Positions 1 to 7,315 of a stretch of 20,146 bases of DNA are shown here, one piece after another; positions within the stretch are counted from its first letter, which is position 1, and each line of letters opens with the position of its first letter. The notes beneath the pieces were generated by a model that saw only the letters and a list, made by a program, of their open reading frames with translations, was not told where the DNA came from and searched no databases. Source of the stretch: a candidate division WOR-3 bacterium (GTDB lineage Bacteria; Hydrothermota; Tepidihabitantia; Tepidihabitantales; Tepidihabitantaceae); NCBI GenBank assembly GCA_039801365.1, contig JBDRUN010000038.1, positions 1-20,146 on the forward strand, in the 5' to 3' direction. The position numbers were made by a program, and so were the translations under genes.

Positions 1-2
1 TT

Positions 3-671
3 CACGAGCAGGAACTGCTTACTCCCCAAGGCTGGCGCAAGCCGCGGCTAGTCTTCCTCTGCTCGATGGGTGATTTGTTTCATCCCGAAGTGCCGGCAGA
101 TTTCATCAGGCGTGTCTTCCAGGTGATGAAACAGTGTCCTCAGCACCAGTTCCAGGTGCTGACCAAGCGCAGCCGGCGGCTCAGGACGTTGGCAAAGTTC
201 CTGCCCTGGCCGGACAATGTCTGGATGGGTGTAACGGTCGAGAATGCGCGTGTGACGGGTCGCGTGGCAGACCTTCAAGAGACGCCGGCGCGAGTGAAGT
301 TTCTGTCCTGTGAACCGCTGCTTGGGGACATTCCCAAACTGCCGCTTGCGGGCATCAACTGGGTGATTGTCGGCGGCGAATCCGGACCTAGTGCACGCGT
401 GATGCGGAGAACGTGGGTTGAGTCGGTCAGACGGCAGTGCGAACGTGCCAACGTTGCATTCTGCTTCAAGCAGTGGGGCGGGACGCGCAAGTATGCCAGC
501 GGCAGGCTGCTTGACGGTCACATGTACGACGACATGCCTGATATTCGTCTGCCTGCGGTATTGAATACTAGACAGTGCGAGCTGCCGCTGGGCGACGAGG
601 CACAAGGCCAGGGGGCGAACTTCGGTGACAGAATGAGAGTTGCGGCCGTCAAGCTCATTGTTCCCGATTAG
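3..671 (+). CDS. DUF5131 / phage Gp37Gp68-family protein; 5'-truncated, the ORF is open to the window start
   Basis: The reading frame is open from nt 3 and ends at TAG 669-671. The translation 'RKPRLVFLCSMGDLFHPEVP...LTKRSRRL...VWMGVTVE...KFLSCEPLLGDI...WVIVGGESGP...FCFKQWGG' matches the conserved blocks of the Gp37Gp68 family (SMSDLFH, LTKRP, LSCEPLLGPI, WVIVGGESG, FFKQWG). Family assignment is from recalled motifs, not a search. Confidence 0.8.
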   Translation, partial: HEQELLTPQGWRKPRLVFLCSMGDLFHPEVPADFIRRVFQVMKQCPQHQFQVLTKRSRRLRTLAKFLPWPDNVWMGVTVENARVTGRVADLQETPARVKFLSCEPLLGDIPKLPLAGINWVIVGGESGPSARVMRRTWVESVRRQCERANVAFCFKQWGGTRKYASGRLLDGHMYDDMPDIRLPAVLNTRQCELPLGDEAQGQGANFGDRMRVAAVKLIVPD

Positions 672-1662
672 TCTTGGTCCGACATATGTTCCGGCCGAAG
701 CGCTGGCAGCGCTTTGTGGTTGTTCCTGCCCGAGTCCGCGTCGGCTGGCCCGGCTCGAGCCCGGCACGGTCCTGTTCTGCGACCGTAATCCGCTGCTTCC
801 TGGCCTAGGTTTCTGCGACCCGCATGCCCGGCTGGCGCCAGACGGCAGATTGCTAATCTATGCAACCCACGATGCATCACCCACGAATACTGACTATACG
901 ATGAACGACTGGTGGGTCTGGTCAACGCGTGACCTGGCTCACTGGACATTCGAAGGTGCACTCCGGCCCGAACAGACCGCTATCGGCGCGCTTTCTTCGT
1001 CCTGCTGGGCAACCGATGCCCTACTGACGGCTGGCGGCACCTGGTGGTATCTTTCGGACGGCCCGCGGCGCATCCGCGTGATGCACGGCGCAAGCCCGAC
1101 CGGACCTTGGCGCGATGGCAGCAGGCGACCGTTGGTCGCCGAGTCAGACCTGGCCGGCCAGTCGCGTGACCCGGCGGTTTTCGCCGACCAGGACGGCTCG
1201 GAATGGCTCTTGTTCGGCACCTGGGACTTCTATCTTGGCCGGCTTGGTTCGGACCGTGTTTCATTCACCGAGCCGCCACGCAGGATCGAGATAGTCAACC
1301 CGCAGGGCCCCTATGGCCCGGGTCGAACCGACGACAAGCCTTTTCTGCACTACCGAGCTGGCTGGTACTATCTGACTTGGGGCTGTTTTTCGGCTCGTTC
1401 GCACTCATTACTTGGCCCGTATGACTGTGACGGTCCATTCTTCGACCCCGCACTTGCCGAAGCATCATTCGCCCGCGTCAAGGAGTTCCGTCTCGATCGG
1501 CACGGCTCCTTCTTCGACTTTGATGGCCGCCACTACTTCATCGCCAACGATTTCAGCCGGACCGGGGCCAGCCCGTTTTTCCGCGATAGCGTAATTGTAC
1601 CGATTGAGTACCGAACTGACGGCGTAATAGCGCCCGCGGCAGTCCGCACGTCTTGGCGTTAG
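640..1662 (+). CDS. Glycoside hydrolase family 43-like five-bladed beta-propeller (beta-xylosidase/arabinofuranosidase-like); start ambiguous
   Basis: Motifs 'NPLLPGLGFCDPHARLAPDGRLLIYATHD' (GH43 N-terminal NPIL.GF.PDPS...DYYI block with the catalytic Asp), 'WSTRDLAHW', 'CWATDALL' (WAPD-like second Asp) and 'YRAGWYYLTWG'. Stop is TAG 1660-1662. The only in-frame start codons upstream of the NPLLPG block are TTG 640 and TTG 658, both overlapping the Gp37 3' end. No signal peptide is apparent. Confidence 0.65.
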   Translation: MRPSSSLFPISLGPTYVPAEALAALCGCSCPSPRRLARLEPGTVLFCDRNPLLPGLGFCDPHARLAPDGRLLIYATHDASPTNTDYTMNDWWVWSTRDLAHWTFEGALRPEQTAIGALSSSCWATDALLTAGGTWWYLSDGPRRIRVMHGASPTGPWRDGSRRPLVAESDLAGQSRDPAVFADQDGSEWLLFGTWDFYLGRLGSDRVSFTEPPRRIEIVNPQGPYGPGRTDDKPFLHYRAGWYYLTWGCFSARSHSLLGPYDCDGPFFDPALAEASFARVKEFRLDRHGSFFDFDGRHYFIANDFSRTGASPFFRDSVIVPIEYRTDGVIAPAAVRTSWR

Positions 1663-1734
1663 CCGTTGGAGTCAGCCGCAGCATAATAGGATGCCGGACT
1701 GTAGGACTGCGAGCAGAATCCGGGGTTGCCGGCA

Positions 1735-1762
1735 TTGCACCGGCGAACGGACAGGATAGAAT
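1735..1762 (+). promoter_or_regulatory. Candidate sigma70-type promoter TTGCAC-16nt-TAGAAT upstream of the flavoprotein gene
   Basis: TTGCAC at 1735-1740, a 16-nt spacer, then TAGAAT at 1757-1762. The SD TAAGGAG lies at 1773-1779 and the ATG at 1785. Confidence 0.35.
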
Positions 1763-1784
1763 GACCGTCTGATAAGGAGTAGCG

Positions 1785-2351
1785 ATGAAGCGAATACTCG
1801 TGATCGAAGGCAGTCCGCGTAAGGGCAATACCGCAGCTGTGACCGACTGGGTGCTTGCCGGTCTCGGTGGCGACATGGCGGTTGAACGCATCCGTGCGGC
1901 CGAACTGGACATCCATCCATGCCGGGAGTGTCTCAGATGCACAAAGACAAGCAGTGGGGCTAGGTGTGGGCAGGACGATGACATGGTCAAGGTGTACGAT
2001 AAGCTCGTTGATTCAGACCTCACCATTTTCACTACCCCGGTATTCTGCTGGGGCCCGACTGCTCAGCTTAAGACCGTGCTCGACCGCTGCTTTGCCTTGT
2101 TCTCGGGCGAAAACATTCTCAAGGGGGCGAAATGGGCACTGGTCATCACTGCGGGCGGAGACCACTATGACGGCGCCGAGCTCGTTGTCACGATGTTCAA
2201 ACACCTGTGCCGGTTCGTCGGTATTGAATATTTGGGTCAGCACGTGGTCGCACCGTGCCCGGACCGCAGAAGGTTGAAGCAGAGCCGGCTGCTTGCAAGA
2301 CAGGCGAAGGAGTTCGGCCGGGGTCTCAGGGAGGCGTTGGTAAGCAGGTAG
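1785..2351 (+). CDS. Iron-sulfur flavoprotein (Isf)-like / NADPH-dependent FMN reductase-fold flavodoxin-like protein
   Basis: 'MKRILVIEGSPRKGNT' flavodoxin-like N-terminus. Compact 4-Cys motif 'CRECLRCTKTSSGARC' (C-x2-C-x2-C-x7-C), typical of Isf-family proteins. SD TAAGGAG is 6 nt upstream of ATG 1785. TAG stop. Confidence 0.75.
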   Translation: MKRILVIEGSPRKGNTAAVTDWVLAGLGGDMAVERIRAAELDIHPCRECLRCTKTSSGARCGQDDDMVKVYDKLVDSDLTIFTTPVFCWGPTAQLKTVLDRCFALFSGENILKGAKWALVITAGGDHYDGAELVVTMFKHLCRFVGIEYLGQHVVAPCPDRRRLKQSRLLARQAKEFGRGLREALVSR

Positions 2352-2360
2352 GAAGCCAGG

Positions 2361-4691
2361 GTGCGTAACCGGGAGCTCAAGAGCCGGGAGTCAAGGGAGA
2401 AGGTGCAAGGTGCTGGGCAAGCTGTAGTCCTGGCGCTTACGGTCTGGCAGTTGGCCGCTGGTCTTGCGCTGAGTGCTGATTTCGGAGCGGTGAACGGTTT
2501 TGTCCGCGATGCGACGAGCGGTGAGCCTCTGAACTATGCCAACGTCTATCTCGAGGGTACCGAGCTTGGCGCCGCCACGAACCACAAGGGTTACTACTTC
2601 ATTGGCAGCGTGCCGCCAGCCGAGTACGAGGTCGTCGCTTCGTTCGTCGGTTACACCTCGGTCAGAAGAAAAGTTCAGGTTCAGGCCGGTCAGACAGTTT
2701 CGGTGAATATCGAGCTGAAGCCGGGTGCGGTTGAGCTGGGCGAAGTGAAGGTTACGGCCGAGCGGGCGCGGTTCGAGCGTGAGATCGAGGTGTCGGTTAC
2801 GCGCCTGGAAACCAGGCAGCTCGCACTCGCCCCACGGGTCGGCAGCGAGCAGGACCTGTTCCGGACCGTCCAGCTTCTACCCGGGGTAGTTACGACCTCG
2901 GATTTCTCGAACCGGCTCTACATTCGCGGCGGGTCACCGGACCAGAACCTCATCCTGCTCGATGGTATCAGTGTGTACAACCCCTCGCACCTATTCGGTC
3001 TTTTCTCGCCGTTCATCACCGACGCGGTCTCGGATGTGACGCTGCTTGCCGGCGGGTTTCCGGCGAAGTACGGCGGCCGGCTCAGTTCGGTTCTCGATGT
3101 GACTACAAAGGAGGGCAACTCCCGGCGTTACACCGGGACCGGCTCGGTCTCAATGATTGCGGCCCAGGCGCAGGCCGAGGGGCCGCTGCCTTTAGGCCAA
3201 ATGACCGATTCGACTTCGCGCCGCAGTTCTTTTCTTGTGGCCGGACGGCGTACTTACCTGCCGGAACTGCTGCTCGCCGCCTTTGATGTCCGCGGGCTCG
3301 GATACTACTTCTACGACGCCGTGGCCAAGGTGAACCATGACTTCGCTGCGGACTCGCGACTGACCGTGTCCGGCCTTGCGGCCGAAGACGTACTTTCGTT
3401 CTGGGACCCGGATAACCGCTCATCCCTGGACTCAAGGATGCGCTGGGGCAACCGCGGTGTGTCGGCCCGGTGGAACCGGGTGTTCACACCGGTGCTGTAC
3501 GGGGAGGTTATGGCAGCCTGTAGCAACTTCTATTCACGGTTTGACGTGTCCTTGGGCGAGGGTCAGCATGCCCAGCTTTCGACCGACCTTACTGACCTGA
3601 CGCTCAAGTCCGACTTGACCTGGTACCTTGCCGACCGGCACACCCTTGACCTTGGTCTGGACGCAAAGTATGTTGGAGTGCGCGCCGGCTTTTCCTACGA
3701 CACCCTGACCGTGGTTCCCCGTGACACGCTTGTGCCAGTTGCGGTCTACGCGGACGAAAAATGGGAGCTGGTACCGGAACGACTGTTTGTCAAGTCCGGG
3801 CTGCGCCTGGCGTATGAGTCCAAGGGCAGCCGGTTCGAGCCGGAGCCGCGCATCGGCATCAAGTACCGGCCGGCCGAGAACACCGCTTTCTCGGCCGCGG
3901 CCGGCCGGTTCTGCCAGCCGATGATAACCCTAAACTCGACTGACGTGGTACTCTCGATCTACGATGTGTGGCTGCCGGTCCCGCGTGGCCGACGGCTGCC
4001 TTCGGCGCTGCATTTCGTCGCCGGGGTTGAGCACTGGCTGGCCCGGAACGTGATTGCCGAGTGCGAGGCCTACTACAAGGACTACGCCGACCTGCTTGAG
4101 GTTCGCTACGGCAGTTTCTTTACTCGGCCTGAATCGCTGCTTTCCGCGGACGGCTACTCCTGGGGCCTGGACCTGTCCCTGCGCCGGACCGAAGGACGAA
4201 TCAACGGCTGGGTCAACTACTCGTTTATGTGGACCCGGCGCAGCATCGGCAAGGAAGTCTATCATCCCCATTACGACCGCCGGCACAGTGCGAACGTGGT
4301 AGTCAACCTGCCGGCATTCGTCTGGGGCGCAGACCTTTCAGCCCGCTGGACCTTGGGCACCGGGTTGCCCTATGCCGGCGCACTGGGCTATTATCCCCAG
4401 TACGTCTATATTCCACAGGAACACCGCACGCGGCGAGAATGGAAGTACATCGAAGGCACGCGCGATGCGTTTCGCTACCCTGTGTATCACCGGCTCGATG
4501 CAAGTTTGACCAGAACCTGGCACAAACACTGGGGTGAGATATCGCTGTTCTTTGACGTCGCCAATCTGTACAACGCCGCAAATGTCCTCATCTACTACTG
4601 GGATTACGAAGCCGAAGGCCAGCCGCCGAAGAGAAAACAGGTCGAGATGCTGCCCATCTTGCCAACGCTGGGCGTGAAAGCGAGGTTCTGA
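2361..4691 (+). CDS. TonB-dependent outer-membrane receptor with N-terminal carboxypeptidase-regulatory-like domain and plug
   Basis: Signal peptide 'AVVLALTVWQLAAGLALSA'. CarboxypepD_reg-like block 'FVRDATSGEPLNYANVYLEGT...GYYFIG...YEVVASFVGY'. Plug-domain motifs 'LYIRGGSPDQNLILLDGISVYNPSHLFGLFS...LLAGGFPAKYGGRLSSVLDV'. Long beta-barrel region of 776 aa in total. GTG start with GGAAG SD 5 nt upstream. TGA stop. Confidence 0.9.
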   Translation: MRNRELKSRESREKVQGAGQAVVLALTVWQLAAGLALSADFGAVNGFVRDATSGEPLNYANVYLEGTELGAATNHKGYYFIGSVPPAEYEVVASFVGYTSVRRKVQVQAGQTVSVNIELKPGAVELGEVKVTAERARFEREIEVSVTRLETRQLALAPRVGSEQDLFRTVQLLPGVVTTSDFSNRLYIRGGSPDQNLILLDGISVYNPSHLFGLFSPFITDAVSDVTLLAGGFPAKYGGRLSSVLDVTTKEGNSRRYTGTGSVSMIAAQAQAEGPLPLGQMTDSTSRRSSFLVAGRRTYLPELLLAAFDVRGLGYYFYDAVAKVNHDFAADSRLTVSGLAAEDVLSFWDPDNRSSLDSRMRWGNRGVSARWNRVFTPVLYGEVMAACSNFYSRFDVSLGEGQHAQLSTDLTDLTLKSDLTWYLADRHTLDLGLDAKYVGVRAGFSYDTLTVVPRDTLVPVAVYADEKWELVPERLFVKSGLRLAYESKGSRFEPEPRIGIKYRPAENTAFSAAAGRFCQPMITLNSTDVVLSIYDVWLPVPRGRRLPSALHFVAGVEHWLARNVIAECEAYYKDYADLLEVRYGSFFTRPESLLSADGYSWGLDLSLRRTEGRINGWVNYSFMWTRRSIGKEVYHPHYDRRHSANVVVNLPAFVWGADLSARWTLGTGLPYAGALGYYPQYVYIPQEHRTRREWKYIEGTRDAFRYPVYHRLDASLTRTWHKHWGEISLFFDVANLYNAANVLIYYWDYEAEGQPPKRKQVEMLPILPTLGVKARF

Positions 4692-4694
4692 GTT

Positions 4695-5531
4695 ATGCGC
4701 TGCGCCGGAATCCGAAAGGAAGCAGGTCAAGCCATTGGCAACTGGGGCCTGGTCAGTGCCCTACTGCTCCTTGTGTGCTCCTGTGACCGGCCGTTGTCCG
4801 AGCAGTTCGTACCAAGACTTGCCGTACACGGCCTGCTTGTTGCCGGCCCGCCGGCCCGGCCCGGGGTCTATGTAAACCGCACCTACGCAATCACCGAGCC
4901 CTTTGAACGGGATTTCTCCGGCGCCGAGGTGCTCATCTGGCGCGCTCAGGACACCTGGCGTTTGGATGAACGCGACACGAGCTACTATTACTCAACGGCA
5001 GAACTTGAAGCCAGGCCGTTTGATGAGTTCAGACTCCGGGTGACAAAACCTGGGCTGGACACGCTATACTCGCGTACCGTGGTGCCAGACCGGTTCTCGA
5101 TATTGTACCCGACCCACGGCGACACCGTAGGAGTCGGCGATTCGCTGGTCTGGACCAGAAGCCGGTTCTGCAAGGGTTACTACATGGTACTCAAAGAAGA
5201 GACGCGCGAAGATACACTCTACGCCGCAATTCCGATTCCAAACGAATCACTGCCTGGAATGCCGTACGACACCGCGGTTGCTCGCATCCCAATGTTCTTC
5301 CTGAACCGGGAAAACGCAGGCCCCTTCACCCTGCATCTTTTGGCCTGCGATACCAATTACTATGACTGGATCGAGGCTCTGGCAAGGAACCGGCCAGGCA
5401 GCGACTCGGCCCATGTAACGGGCGGTGTCGGTGTATTCGGCTCCGTGGTCCAATGCTCGGTCCGGGTCTTTGTCCGCCGCGATACGAGCGCGATACAGCC
5501 TACCGGTTGCGCCCTGCTGGATCGGCAGTAG
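4695..5531 (+). CDS. Putative lipoprotein, DUF4249-like partner of CarboxypepD_reg-type TonB receptors (family assignment tentative)
   Basis: Starts 4 nt after the receptor stop with a GAGGT SD. The N-terminus 'LVSALLLLVCSCD' is a signal peptide with a lipobox-like Cys. Size (278 aa) and position immediately downstream of a CarboxypepD_reg/plug receptor match the DUF4249 context as I recall it. No direct motif match can be verified here. Confidence 0.5.
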   Translation: MRCAGIRKEAGQAIGNWGLVSALLLLVCSCDRPLSEQFVPRLAVHGLLVAGPPARPGVYVNRTYAITEPFERDFSGAEVLIWRAQDTWRLDERDTSYYYSTAELEARPFDEFRLRVTKPGLDTLYSRTVVPDRFSILYPTHGDTVGVGDSLVWTRSRFCKGYYMVLKEETREDTLYAAIPIPNESLPGMPYDTAVARIPMFFLNRENAGPFTLHLLACDTNYYDWIEALARNRPGSDSAHVTGGVGVFGSVVQCSVRVFVRRDTSAIQPTGCALLDRQ

Positions 5532-5785
5532 AGCTCAGCCCACCCGGACGGGACGTGAGTCGGAGGTGCGTATCGATCTTACCCAGAACCATGGTCAAGC
5601 CCAACGAACGGAACCGGCAGTCCGTGCCGGCAGGTAGTGATGCTTTTGGGAACGGCGTCCGGACAAGCCGGTCCGCGCTGTCCCATACGTTGACCGTTTT
5701 CCCTGACGCGAGAGAGCTACAATATGCGCATCGGCAATCCGAAACAGAGCCGCGACCACAAATTGCATGCCAGTGTCGGGTTTGC

Positions 5786-5813
5786 TTGACACTTTGGGGT
5801 GGACTTCTATGAT
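5786..5813 (+). promoter_or_regulatory. Near-consensus sigma70 promoter TTGACA-16nt-TATGAT, ending 8 nt before ATG 5822 (possible leaderless transcript)
   Basis: TTGACA at 5786-5791, a 16-nt spacer, then TATGAT at 5808-5813. There is no SD between the -10 element and ATG 5822. Confidence 0.45.
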
Positions 5814-5821
5814 TACCTGGC

Positions 5822-6709
5822 ATGCCGAGCGTTAGACGCACGAAATCCATGCTGGCCAGTTCTGAACGCAGAATTCAGAACTCGGCATTCTTTTGCAATG
5901 CACGGTTGTGGCCGATTGTCTTGCTCGTCGGTATTGCAGTACTAATACTTTCCTGTTCGGACGCGCCCCTGATAACACGGCAGGGCAATCGGGTCGCACT
6001 GGTCGAGCTCTTCACCCAGAGCGGTTGAGCGTATTGCGGGCTCGCGGAGCGGGCCCTGGACAGTTTGGAACTGAAATACGGTGATTCACTGGCGGTTGTT
6101 TACTATTTTCAGAACCGGGCGCTGGAGATTCCAGCTGGCGCAGGTCGGGGCCGCTGGTACTACGGGTATCAGCAGTGGCCGTGGGCGATATTCGGTGGAC
6201 GGTCAGGAGCGCAGGTGACCGACCCTGATTCATTCTACTCGTCGTATGATGCGCAGATTACTCGTTGCCGGGCAGATTCGACACCGATAGAGATGTGGCT
6301 GGATTCGACCGGTACGGTCGTCGCACCGCCAAACGTACGGGTGCGGGTAGTGGTGAATCCAACCGATTCGGTAGTAAACAGTATGCGGAATCTTGCGCTC
6401 GTTGCCGTGGTATATGAAGACAGTGTGCCCTACGAGCAGTTACCAGGCGACACCGTCCACGTCCGGTTTGTGGCACGCGCGGTGGTTGGTGATACGTGGG
6501 GAATACCGCTCAGCCTACGGCTCGGACAGGAGTTCGATACGACCCTTGCGGTGACGCTCGGACAATGGCGGACCGGGTATCTTGGCGTCGCCGCATTCGT
6601 GCAGGACACCGCAAACAAGGAAGTGTTGCAGGCGGTGGTCAGACGCAGGATAGCGAACAGTGAAACGGTGAAGGGGCAAGAAGCAGGACCGTCAGGAGGT
6701 GTTCAATGA
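5822..6709 (+). CDS. Thioredoxin-fold lipoprotein with in-frame UGA (6026-6028); candidate selenoprotein with a U-x-x-C active site
   Basis: ORFs 5822..6028 and 6065..6709 share a frame and are separated only by TGA. Read-through gives 'RVALVELFTQSG-U-AYCGLAERALDSLELKYGDSLAVVYYF', which is thioredoxin beta1-CxxC-alpha1-beta2 with TGA at the first Cys position. The N-terminus 'WPIVLLVGIAVLILSCSD' is a lipoprotein signal. An ATGA overlap joins it to the downstream redoxin. Confidence 0.6.
5858..5882. promoter_or_regulatory. Perfect 9-bp inverted repeat AGTTCTGAA-N7-TTCAGAACT (operator-like), 36-60 nt downstream of the predicted TSS
   Basis: Seen directly: arm 5858-5866 is the exact reverse complement of arm 5874-5882, with a 7-nt spacer CGCAGAA. 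It lies inside the first codons of the 5822 CDS. Confidence 0.3.
6038..6056 (+). promoter_or_regulatory. SECIS-like RNA hairpin downstream of the in-frame UGA
   Basis: GGGCUCGC-GGA-GCGGGCCC forms an 8-bp stem (7 Watson-Crick pairs plus 1 G.U) with a GGA triloop. The stem starts 10 nt after the UGA. The loop guanines sit at +21/+22 from the U of UGA, inside the 16-37 nt window described for bacterial SECIS elements. Confidence 0.45.
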
Positions 6710-7266
6710 GAAACTTGAAGACCGGAGCGCTTATTATGGCCGTGACTGCGCTCGTTTTTCTGGCTGCGGGGCCGACGGAGAAGGAAAAGGAATACGAGGA
6801 AGCCCCAAGTTTCACGCTCAAAGACGTAACCGGCAAAGCGGTGACACTTGAAAGCCTGCTCGTGAAGGGACCGGTGTATATGGAGTGCTGGGACTTGCCG
6901 TGCGTGAACTGTATTGCCGAGCTCGACGCGCTGGTGCCCGTTTACGACTCACTCAAAGACCGGGGTCTTCAGATAGTTGCGCTGTCGGTGGACAAACCGG
7001 CCGACGAGGCCCGAGTCAAGGCGTTTGTGAAGACAAAGAAGTGGCCCTATATCTGTCTTTTGGACCAGCAGCAGGAGGTAAAGTCGGCGTACGGCATCAT
7101 CATCAAACCGACCGCTTATCTCATCAATACCGAAGGTAAGATTGTCTATACCCACATTGGGTATAAGAAGGGCGACGAGAAGCGCATCAAAGAAGAGTTC
7201 CTTAAATGGCTGCCCGAGAAGCCGGTTGAGAAGGATACGTCAGGTGCCAAGAAGAAGGACGACTAG
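6706..7266 (+). CDS. TlpA/ResA-like periplasmic thiol:disulfide oxidoreductase (redoxin family)
   Basis: Signal peptide 'ALIMAVTALVFLAAG'. 'APSFTLKDVTGKAVTLESLLVKGPVYMECWDLPCVNCIAELDALVPVYDSLKDRGLQIVALSVD' matches the TlpA/ResA layout with a CVNC active site. Strong SD AGGAGG at 6694-6699. ATG 6706 overlaps the upstream TGA (ATGA). TAG stop. Confidence 0.85.
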   Translation: MRNLKTGALIMAVTALVFLAAGPTEKEKEYEEAPSFTLKDVTGKAVTLESLLVKGPVYMECWDLPCVNCIAELDALVPVYDSLKDRGLQIVALSVDKPADEARVKAFVKTKKWPYICLLDQQQEVKSAYGIIIKPTAYLINTEGKIVYTHIGYKKGDEKRIKEEFLKWLPEKPVEKDTSGAKKKDD

Positions 7267-7315
7267 AAACATCGGGAGCCAGGAGCCAGAAGCCAAAAAT
7301 CAGAAGTCAAGACCG

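Noticed and set aside
48-767. 239-aa ORF on the - strand at the window start
   Set aside because: It is antisense to the Gp37Gp68-family gene. Its Arg/Ser/Pro-rich translation shows no domain signatures.
5614-5630. Hairpin CCGGCA-gtccg-TGCCGG as intrinsic terminator of the TonB/lipoprotein unit
   Set aside because: It is only a 6-bp stem about 95 nt past the stop, and the nearest T-run (5644-5647) is 13 nt away. It is not convincing as a Rho-independent terminator.
7142-7315. ATG 7142 as the start of the OM barrel gene
   Set aside because: It would overlap the tlpA-like gene by 125 nt in another frame. It would also add a 58-aa Arg-rich segment ahead of an obvious signal peptide.
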